A DNA stretch of 64,000 nt, from positions 16,554,001-16,618,000 of the forward strand of contig JBHGNT010000011.1 of the NCBI GenBank assembly GCA_043228905.1. The letters run 5' to 3'. Shown here in pieces: positions 53,321 to 64,000 of this stretch; within the stretch, counting starts at the first letter, position 1; each line of letters starts with the position of its first letter. The notes under the pieces were generated by a model. That model searched no databases. It had not been told where the DNA came from and worked only from the letters and a program-made list of their open reading frames with translations. The translations under genes and the position numbers were made by a program. The stretch is from Azolla caroliniana. Lineage: Eukaryota; Plantae; Polypodiophyta.

Positions 53321-53540
53321 TTTTTTATTCAATTCAAGTTTGGAAACTCCCTATCCGACAAGTTAAGCTAAAACCGAACCATTGTCGATTCCTAGCATTG
53401 TCACCTTCTTCCCTCTCTCTCTCTCACTCTCACTCTTTTTTTATTCAATTCAAGTTTGGAAACTCCTTATTCGACAAGTTAAGCTAAAACCGAACCATTG
53501 TCAATTCCTAGCAAATGCACCTTCTTCTCTCTTTTTTATT
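53004..53540. mobile_element. hAT-like element whose end plus a (CT)n tract is tandemly triplicated
   Basis: AAACCGGTT-rich body ending AACCAT(C/T)GTCGATTCCTA. The unit TTCAATTCAAGTTTGGAAACTCC...CCTAGCA..CACCTTCTT(CT)n occurs at about 53180, 53327 and 53443. No TSD found. Confidence 0.62.
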
Positions 53541-56500
53541 GGAAGTACCTTACCCTAGTGGTAAGTTGTTACATTGGGTTCGAAATCCAATTATTCCTAC
53601 CTCCATTTCAAGATTCCTATCTTCCTAAGTAATGTCCCACTCAAAATTCACATGCATGCACATAACTTCGCAACATTGGAGCATCAAATGCAGGATGTCT
53701 AACGAATTCTTAACATTGATCGACATAAGGATTATAAATTACTTATGATTAAAGAATTGATTGAGGAGAGATAGATAAATAGATTATATTATCGTATTCG
53801 GAGGTCAAATATGACCTATGAGACCAAAAATATTACATTTCACGTGATACGTGTGAAAGTGAGTAGTGATTCTCGATGTTCAAGAACTTTACCAATGAAT
53901 GTTGCAATCAAGAGTGGACATTGTGGTTGTAAGAATTCGTGCAAGGATTGGGCTCGGTTGAAGAGATGTGGAAAGCATGGTTGAATATGATCAAAGGCAG
54001 AGCATTCTATCAAAATGTGATACTCAGACTCTTGAACTTGTTTAGGGCAAAGTGTGCATAGCCGGCCACTATCGTCACTTGTGCCTCAACGCCTCATCTC
54101 ACATCACAATGCATGTGAGCTAAGTCGCATGGAAGCAATGGTTCGAATGGCAGATAACGGGATGGGCTCTAACATGTATCGATGTGTACGGTTTCCCCAT
54201 TATGCAAAGAATATGGTTTTGTGGTTAGGTTCAGAATGTGTAGTATAATGTGTGAAGTGTAAGCCTCCACATTTGTCCCATGTCATGATACATTAGTGTT
54301 GCAAAAAGCCCTCATTTACTGAGGAATCTAGTGATGCATCATGAAACAAGTGTCTTGCATTCCATCTACCAAACCATTTTTCTATATCTTGCATCCAACC
54401 GGAACACAATGTTTTGATTTTATGCGCCTTTTGGATCTTTTCTAGAGAGAGAGATAGAGAGAGTCTTAGGTTTTAGCTATGAGGAAATAATATGATCCCA
54501 AATGAGTAAGAACCTCTACAAAATGTTTATAATTTCACATTTACATTAATTCATTGTCCAACTAAACTAGGACTCCTTCCCTTCCAAGTTTGGAAGAGTG
54601 CAAATGTTAATAAATTATAACTCATTCCCTTTATCACATCCATACCCCATCACAATAGCAAGCTCTCTTTCTCTCACTCCTTCCTTCTACAAGGAGTATT
54701 CATTGTATCCCTCAACCATAACATCAAAGGTGGGATGTCTGATAGATACTTGACATCCCCATGACCTAATCCTCGTACACTCTTGATGCCACCAGGGGTG
54801 CCAATGAGGAAGAGAGCCATGCAAGCTCAATGGAAGTATGGGACAATGAAGGATGCTTTAAAGACTGTGGTGGAATAGATGCAAGAGGTGGAGTGTGAAT
54901 GCATATGTGAGAAGGAAGTGAGGGTGGATTGGGTGGAAGGGGATGACGATGACAATGAGGAGGAGGAGGAGGATGATGATGATGAGCTTCATAGAAACAC
55001 GTGAAGTCTCAGGTGTAGATGGACCAGTGTGAGATTATGGGAAGCCCAATCAATGAACAGAAGTATGGTTCCCTTTTGTTGAGCATTATGGAAGTCGGGC
55101 ACAAACATGTTAATTATCAGTCCAATTTCTCATATATGATGATATGGTTCGAAGAAACATCAACGACTAACTCTAAAAGTATGATGTAAATCATTATTTT
55201 GGAATAAGTTTGGATGTAACTCTACAATCAACCATTCTAGATATTTGTGAGGGTCATTAGCCAAGCTTTCCAACAATGTAAAGATATTTGCTCCACAACA
55301 GAGACCATTAAAGTACACATTATCATTGGCTTAATATAGTTTCCCAAATTCTAGCAATCTTGCGTTGCAATATAATTTACTAGCATCACTCTGGAACATA
55401 CAACAATAGCTCCAATACCATTTTTCTTGCAAAAATCGTATAAGTAATTTGCCAAAATATTTTTACAAAATATTCCAGGTGGATCTTTACTAGGAAGACT
55501 TAAGAAAGTTTGTTATTTAAGTTTTAAGTAGACATATTTTTCAATCTCATGTGAGATTATAAAACCCTTACAATTTCATTTTAGGAGGATTAATGTTATA
55601 GTAAGTTGGTTCTCGTTTATAAGCTCTAATAATCGTTTTTATTACGATATGACAATGAGATAAGTTTTATTCTTCATCAGCCAATTATCATCCTCAGATA
55701 ATCGCAATTGGTAAATTCTTGGTGGAATCTTATATTTTGACGAGTAATTAACAATAGAGCTCATCAACCATTCATGTATTACCAATTTAACCTTTTAATG
55801 TGAAAGTCCCACGATTGTGTTTTCTTAAGGTTCCCTACATATCCATCACCTAAACACTAAATGTACAATAGAATTGGCATTGTTTATATGACAATGATCA
55901 TGCCATCAACGAAATATCTGAAGTTAATGCAATGATGTCAAAAGTTAATTGTGATCCATGACATGCACATGTATTCTTTCTTACTACTGCCAATATCGGC
56001 TTAGGTATAATTTATAATATGTTAAAGGTATTATAGTTAGCCACGTATGCAATAACATGTTTCGTTTTGTATTTAGTTCAACTATTTAAAAACGTCATGA
56101 ATGCATAAGTTAGTTTGGTTTGAAATTGTAAACTATTTGTGGTAGCACATGAAAACATTGGTTTGTCATGATAGGAAATATGTTTTAATATTGTTCATAT
56201 TGAAAAGCAAACCCACACCGTATCATAATAAAAAAGATTCCAACAACAGAATTTTAGCAGATCTACTTTGGCGTAGAATACATGGTCTCGTTATGATGTA
56301 TGTATTCCTTTTAATCCGTAGTGGAAATCATGATAATGTAATAGAATCGAACAAGATAGTATACCCTTCTTATGTCTAAAATAAACATTACATACTTCAC
56401 GAAGATTAACATATCTATATTAAGTACTTTCCAATTACATTCATGGATCTTATCCAACATACACTCACAATCTACGACTAATCAAGTCATATTTACTGAC

Positions 56501-57714
56501 TTACTATGTTATTAAAATTGCACTAAAGTTTTAGTAACTAATAAAGTTATGTTTATTAATGTAATATAATAAGTTGTTGGACTCCTTGAAACGAGCATGT
56601 ATAACATTGAGGTGAAAACGATGGTGACATTTGGGGTTGTAAGCATTGTAAGGTGGCTGAAATCGGTTTATCCCACTACATGACAAAAATTATGTATGTT
56701 ATTGTAAACAAAATATAAAATAGAACTGAGAACATTACAAGGTGGCTCAAATTGGTGAGATGTAATAAAATTTGATAACAAATTTATGGGAAATTCTTAT
56801 TAAATTACTTTTATAACTTTACAATATAAAAAACACCAATTTGTCGTAATAAATTTTGATAACAAAATTATAGGAAATTCTTATTAAATTGCTTTTATAC
56901 CTTTGGGGTATATACTATAAAATATAAGACGCATATAATAGAATTTTTAATATGTTAACTTACGACACATGGAGTTTTCATTAGTTACATGCTCTTAAAT
57001 TATTGTGTACAATGCATGGTTTGTCTTTATGTCAAGTCTTTCCAAGGATAACCTTAGTTTTATAGTTATTGCATGTAAAAAACAATTCTAAAACACTTAT
57101 ACGTGTGTACCTTCTAAAGTATTTGCTAAAAGCAACACGTCATCTATATCCAATTGAGCAACAATAACCTTTTCAACATGTTCTTCTTTACGTGCCCAAA
57201 TTATTGAATTCATGACACATAAACCAAAGAGAGTTGTTGAGAGTGCACATTGTTGCTTAATACCAATAATGTAAACGAAAATTTTCGTACGTCCATCTCA
57301 TGTTTGCATACAACATATCAAATTCCTCTTGACGTGGGAAATCACAAGCATATATCACTTGGTACTTTGAGCTATCTAATGTGTCTCCAATGTATGTTTA
57401 TAGGTCACAAATATCAAAATTCACCCACTATGGTCGTTTGACAATTGTGTGCATCATGTGTTATATCTCCTCTATGTAAATATTCGATCCAAATTGTATT
57501 CCAATTGTGGGGGATGCTCGTGGATCGGTGGTCTATGGTAGTATCTTTAGCATGGTGCTCAATACTAGGTTTAAAAATGTCGCCTTAGGCCTTAAGGAAC
57601 TCTAGTGGCCTTAATGCATGACAATGACAAGGATATGGGAGACAAGTAGATGCTAATGGAAGTATTGTTATTTAAGGAACCCTTAAATAACTTAATGCAA
57701 GACAAGCATGAGGA

Positions 57715-58533
57715 AAATCTAGAAGCAACAACACGCGAGTTGAATTACCACTTTCCAATGGCTGTTAATACACAAGTCCCACTTAATCACCAAGTTTTGG
57801 CAGAAAATCTGGAAGCAACAACACGCGAGGCGAATTACCACTTTCCAATGGCTGTTAATACATAAGTCCCTACCGGTGGGAGCATGGCAATGTGGGAACC
57901 TTAACTCTCCTAATTGCGTAGAGTGCCCACATTCAGTAGAATCCATACGACACGCTCTGTGGGACTACCCAACGTCCCATAGAACATGGCGGGGGGTTGG
58001 CCGCTTGTTGCAGTTATGCCAGGTGCAAGGTTCAATCAAGTGGGGAAATATATGCTGGCTATCATGACAGGCTGCAATTGGCCGATACGAGCATCAGGAG
58101 GAGGGGATGACTTTGGTGATAAAAGCACAAGAGGTTCTTTTCTCCTCCAGCAACAATGTCCACTATTTTCCTCTTAATGACAAATCTCAAGAGGTGTTGG
58201 AATTGGTCAGCCCAATAACCCTTTGGATTCTATGGAAACAACGATGTAGGCGAGTCTTCTCCAACCAAACCACCCATCCAACAAGGTTACTGCAAGAGAT
58301 ATGGAGTGAAATTGTAGCCACTCTGAAGAGCCAATATGATGGCCTTAAAGGTGGCTCCGAGGGAGTTGAAAGACAACGCATAACCTTCATCCAACAATGG
58401 TCGTCCTCTCCCTTTCTTGAGTCAGTGGGCTTCCACATTAGATGGAACTATCGCGTCCCTTTAGGGATTTGTACATAATCGCCTCATTTGTAAAATTTTA
58501 TAACTAATGGAAGGAGTTTTTTTTTGGAAAAAA
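57715..58533 (+). mobile_element. 5'-truncated L1/Tx1-type LINE (family B)
   Basis: zf-RVT region (FWQKIWK..FQWLLIHKSLP..CVEC..ESIRHALW; LWILWKQRCRRVF), poly-A tail, 16-bp TSD AAGACAAGCATGAGGA (57699-57714 / 58534-58549). Confidence 0.88.
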
Positions 58534-59644
58534 AAGACAAGCATGAGGAGATAATCAATACTTAGGGTACCTCTCTCTTAAGAACTTTATGCTAAGACCT
58601 ACCTAATATATAAGAAAGGGGGGTGAAGTTTGCATCAACAAATAAATGGCTTTATGCTAATTAATTGTCTACTTCAAAGATAATGGATAGACATTTAAAA
58701 AGGAACTAATTATTACTTTCAAAAATACCCCTTCATTTCTTCCTTTTAATCACACCAAATGTCCTTAATATCTATATCTTATAGTTATATGGATCTATAT
58801 TGTCAGACTTGTATGTCCCTGTCAGATTATTAACTCATGGCACACATGTGGGAAGTCAATAACATGGATAGACCCACATGAAAACATATGGCACGAACGA
58901 AGAGGAAACATGTTTTTTTGTTTGTGAAAAGTGTATGTTGAACCTTGCTTGGCATCTAGAGTGAGCTCTATGTTGGCTTGATCAACACAACTTGATTGAC
59001 ATCCTCCTTGGCCTGCTTGACTTCATGGTTAGATTGGTTTATTTATGGCATGCTTTGTGTCTACGATATGACCTTGCCTCCATGTTCGTGTCCATTACCA
59101 TTGATTTCCTTGGAGTTGTCTCATAGTACAATGGCTACTTGTGGTACATGGAGTTTGTTTATTGTCCACATCCATTCATCATCTTCATTTTGTGACCAAA
59201 ACATTGCCCCTTGGTTTTATACTTGATCCAAGAATTATTCAAGGTATTGAAAACAAATTTGTGGATGGAATCAATGAACATGTCAAGTGGATCAAGTGTG
59301 TTTTTAGCCTTCATTTGATCAAACAAGAGGATAACACCACAGAGGGGGTTGGTATACCCATGACATCCAAGGTTGGGATTATGTTATTCTTATTAAGGGA
59401 TAGGAGATAGTTGAGGTTCAAGGAGAGTTAAGGTACCAAGACATAAACGTGAAAATATTCCAGGAATGCTCGAGGTTGATGTGTCATTCAAGGTAACATA
59501 AGAGCATCAATATTGGGAAAATAAACAGTGTATGTTTGAGAATAATATCAGCTACTAAAACTAGCTTGTCCATACTCTCCCATTAAAATGATGAAAGAAA
59601 GTTTCTACATTCTTTCTAGTCATTTATCAAAATATTAGGATATA

Positions 59645-59885
59645 AATTGTAGCCACTCTGAAGAGCCAATATGATGGCCTTAAGGGCGGCTCCGAGGGAG
59701 TTGAAAGACAACGAATAGCCTTCATCCAAAAATGGTTGTCCTCTCCCTTTCTTGAGTTAGTGGGCATCCACATAAGATGGAACTATCGCGTCCCTTTAAG
59801 GATTTGTACATAATCGTCTCATTTGTAAAATTTTATAACTAATGGAAGGAGTTTTTTTTTGGAAAAAAAATAAAAAAATAAAAAA
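59645..59885 (+). mobile_element. Short 3' fragment of a family B LINE
   Basis: Close copy of 58310-58533 with an A-rich tail. TSD ATTAGGATATA (59634-59644 / 59886-59896). Confidence 0.85.
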
Positions 59886-60428
59886 ATTAGGATATAGAAT
59901 ATTTAAAATGAATGGAAAGTCTAATCTTTTCTGTACAAATAAAGAGTTTTCATTATTAGTTGCTTTTTAAATCCTTAATGCTTGTGGAATTCCAAGTTTC
60001 ATTAATACACCAAAATATTATGATCCTTATCATTTGAGATATTATACAAAGCCTGAGATTGTTCTATACCTTAGTCTTCAACAAACGTATTATAAAAAAT
60101 AAACTTGGGATAAGGGGTAGGGGTAAGTTTTGTAAAACTAAAAAGTCACTTCACAATTACAAAAATGTAAGAAATTTTATCGGAAAACATAATTTTAAAA
60201 ACAAGCACAAATAATTGTGACACAAAATTTCCAAGCATTTGAAATTTTAAGAGTAAAATATAGGTGGATTGTGAAGCATGAGGTATAAATTTGTTGTAGA
60301 TGAGGGGGTGGGGATTATGACCAAATTTGTGGGGGGAAGGACAACAAGAGTTCTAAGTTTGTTGTTGTTTTGGGAGTTGTTGGATAGTTCTATCCCTCCA
60401 AGGTTAGGCCTTGTGGATCTTAATGTTT

Positions 60429-60510
60429 GACTTTAAGAAACGATGGCAAGGGCTTCACTTATTTTCAAATACAACTTTTGGTCTAAGGTGGAATTATGCC
60501 ATACCTTCTT
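60429..60510 (+). mobile_element. Family D LINE fragment (host of the family C insertion; resumes at 63971-64000)
   Basis: Reads DFKKRWQGLHLFSNTTFGLRWNYAIPSF and matches the reverse complement of 15842-15920. 63971-64000 matches the reverse complement of 15097-15126 at 29/30. Confidence 0.78.
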
Positions 60511-63500
60511 TTCTTTTTTTTTCCAAAAGAAGAATATACTCCATTAGTTAAAATGACATACAATACACAACTTTAGACATTACCTACTTCCATATGGACT
60601 ACATCACTTATTTATCTTACACTAAATAGCCCACATGTTTGTTCTCCATGTTTGTCGTGTCATTCACGCCCCTCTATCATCTAATGGGAGGGGGGAACAA
60701 CCATCTCGATACTACGTATTGCCATCGTATCTCCACTCCAATTTTTGTAGCCATCGGTGTAGTACACCATCGTTTTCTGAATTTCCGCCTCATTAAATCT
60801 GAAGCATCATCTGTTCCATCAATCCGCTCATATTGGGCCCTCAATGTAGTTATTAGCATGTGCCATATTAGCTTAATAGATTCTGCTGGAGGCCGTTTGT
60901 TTGCTGAAAATACCTTGGTACATCTTGCGGTCCAAATGTTCCATATGATAATGGGTGCTAGCAACATCCATAGATCTACAATTTTCTGCTTCTGGGCATT
61001 ACTTCTAGGTGCACTGTTACCAACGATCACTCGAATAGTTCCATTCTCCCCTCTGTACATAGTTGTACATGTGCTATCAAAATTCTCTACGTCATCATCA
61101 AGACAATTCCAACAAGCATGTCCCCAATTGAGGGTAAATGAGCTAGAGGCATGGCAAAGCAATCGTAATGCCCTTCTCCATACTACCGTAGCCTCATTGA
61201 CATTCCCAAAGACAATGGGAAATGCTTTCTAGTTGTCCACATGCACTACATCTTGGGTCTACATTGGGGCCTTTAGCCCATGCCCCTACTGGCAAGGCTC
61301 TATGCACAATAAGCCATAAGCACATCATTATCTTGCGGTCACCGTTGTCATGCCATATCATTTTCTAGAATTTAGCTAATCTCCTTTCACTAATGCCCTC
61401 TTGTATCCAAAATTTACGAGCTGCAATATCTTGGTGTTCTTGTTTTAGGATAATTTGCCTCCCGATTTTCGTGTTGTACCTGAAAAATTGCACCAACTTG
61501 GCACCATCACTTGGACCTTGAGTTTTCCAGAAATACATCGCGGGGTCCCATGATAGCTTATTTGTATGCCCTTCTATCGGCCAACACAATGTTGTTGGTT
61601 TGAGCTCACTCAGTTCGGGGTAAACTATCATAGCCTTTCCATTTTTTGCAAGCAACCTAATCGGCCTTTCAGTTTGATAGGCTGGTTGCTCACATATTAC
61701 CCTTCTATGCTCTATTTTGTAGTAGCATGCCTCATTAGAGTCGGCTTTCGTTCCCTTAATTCCAACTATATAATTTTCAGCATCGATGAGTCCTGTCCAT
61801 TCCATTTTAGAGGGGCTTATGGCTGCTTCTTCCAAGATTTGCCCGCTGCGTGCAAAGGCATCTGTAATCCTCATTAGCATGCATTTATCCCTGTTTATCC
61901 TCCATATTCTAGCCTTTTGAGTGCCCACATAATTACGTAGAAATCTCTTCCAATTTGCCAATGTATTCCCTTGGGCATTGATTAAATTGGCCCGTTTGAA
62001 ACCTGTTTTTTGTCCTATCATCAGCCCATCCACATCTCTAATTAATGGGTTCCAAACAATAGGCATGTACATTCAAGCATATGCATCATTTCTCCACCTA
62101 CAAACGATTCCCTTTCTTATTCCATTCCATGCCTTCATAATTCCAACAACACATATACTCTGTGTACATCCCCGGTATTTGGGTCGCATTTCAGGGACAA
62201 ACCCCCAAAAAGGGCTACTTGGCCAACTCCCGCCATGTCTTGGCAACCACATCTTCCATCTGCGTTGCCAGAGAATTTTCCAAGGTGCCTCAGGGGGTTG
62301 CAAGCTCCTGACCACCAATTTGCCTAGCAAAGCCTTCATTTGCACCACAAGATCTATTAGTCCCACCCCACCTTCACGTTTATCTTTTATGAGTGTAGTC
62401 CATGCAACCTTTGCACAAGCATGTTTTTCCTCGGTGCCCCCCCATAAGAAATTTCTAATCAACCTTTTTATCAATTTCATTGACTTGGGTGCGATTATCC
62501 AACATGCCGCAGTAGGCCATATTGTGGCCATTAGCACCTGATTTGCAATCACAATCTTGGCCGCAAAGGATAATTTTCTTGCATTCCACCATATTAACTT
62601 CGCTTTTATTTTGTCCACAAGTAGAGTGTAGTGTTCTGAGCGATCAATGTCCATCCCGATTTTGAAACCCAAGTATCTAGTAGCTTCTCCTCTCCTCAAC
62701 CATCTGAAATTAGGGTCTGGAGCCCAATTTACCACAGGCTTATTGCTAATCCAAATGCGCACTAATTTATTCCAGTTTATATTCGCACCCGACCCCCTAC
62801 AAAACTCATTTATTGCACTTTGTAGTCTGTCCAAGTTGTTTGCATCCCCCTTAACATAAATTCTTGTATCATCAGCATATTCTGTATCAAGCATCATTCC
62901 TACATTCTCGGGTAGGGGAAGGCCTTGTATTTGCCAATATCTATCACTAATCTGATAATGCAACGCTTCCGCTGCAATAATGAATAGGTACAAGGCCAAT
63001 GGGCATCCCTGGCGTACCGACCGTGTCATCCTAAAGCTCTTCCCCAAGCTTCCAGCCATTAAAACCTGGCTGGAAGCATCCCTATAAAAGGCAGCCAATC
63101 CAAGGATCCATTGCTGCTCGAAGCCTAGGGCAACCATCACTGCTTCTAGGAATTCCCATGAGATCCTGTCATATGCTTTTTCAAAATCGAGTAACATTAC
63201 TGCTAGGGCCACTTCTTGCTCCTCTGCCCATGCTGAATACTCCCAAAAAGTTATCACATTGTCAACAATGCTCCGGTTTTCGAGGAAGCCAGTTTGCGTT
63301 GTATGTATTATGTCCCCTAGGACCGTTTTCAATCGACTACTTACAACTTTAGCTATGATCTTATAGCCATTAGTGAGAATCGTCAAAGGTCGCCAATTAT
63401 CAAGCATAGTTAGATCTTTCCCATCCTTGGGAATTAAATAAATCATTCCTTGACACAGTGTCAGAGGCATTAAACCTTCAGCCATAATGTATTGCATCCC

Positions 63501-63970
63501 TTCCAACATGTCATCCTTAATTAAATCCCAATATTTGATGTAAAAATATATAGGGAGTCCATCTATGCATGCACAACTTTGTTTGTTCATATCTGAAATT
63601 GCATCCCACAATTCTTGTATACAAATAGGGGTATTTAGACAGTCCATCATCTAAGCCGAAACTCTCTTCGGTATCCTGTTTATTATATTTCTAAAGGCAT
63701 CCTGCTCAATATGTTCCTCGTTGCATACATTCAGTAGTTGCATATAATAGCTCGTGGCCATCCCAAGCATTTCCTTCGCGCACGTGGTCATTGTGCCATC
63801 TGTCTTTTTCAAACACGAAGGTTGGGTCCCAGAGCCTTTGCATTTTACAACTTCAAAAAAACCTTTCGTAACATGGTCTCCTACCCTCATCCAATTTACT
63901 GCTTTACTACGATAGGCATTAGTAGTCCTTAGTTTCTGATACATATCCAATTTGCATTTTGCCTCCTCTA
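60511..63970 (-). mobile_element. 5'-truncated L1/Tx1-type LINE (family C) with RT and zf-RVT; ORF2 pseudogenised
   Basis: RT motifs NWRPLTIL, LDFEKAYDRISW, RQGCPL, EYADDT, RYLG. Same-frame ORFs are separated by stops at 63651, 62073 and 61365, with a frameshift near 61200. Poly-A appears as a T-run at 60511-60522. Confidence 0.92.
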
Positions 63971-64000
63971 TTGTTGCATAGCTTGTAGTTTTTGCTCCAC

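Noticed and set aside
53600-57600. Possible gene or transposase remnants, including an acidic GAG/GAT run near 54950
   Set aside because: All frames have stops, and no splice-consistent model or motif was found.
60639-62541. Plus-strand ORFs of 197, 103 and 187 aa
   Set aside because: These are antisense shadows of the family C LINE ORF2.

Overview
This is AT-rich land-plant nuclear DNA, probably from a large-genome lineage such as a fern (inference), not prokaryotic. It holds three spliced genes: an F-box/LRR gene (+, 18331-38163, introns inflated by LINEs), a YEATS-domain YAF9/GAS41 gene (-, 41348-44013, 6 exons) and a MUT9-like casein kinase 1 (MLK/PPK/HD16 family; -, 47403-52562, 16 exons). 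Mobile DNA includes a very young full-length Ty1/copia element (7809-13199; TSD, PBS, PPT, one nonsense codon), several families of L1/Tx1-type zf-RVT LINEs, RTEX-like LINEs and non-autonomous hAT elements. Two observations stand out. First, two different LINE families have each inserted, antisense, at the same position of two separate copies of a third LINE family 45 kb apart. Second, there is a perfect 77-bp inverted repeat with a 7-nt loop at 14069-14229. Coordinates were read by eye and may be a few bp off.
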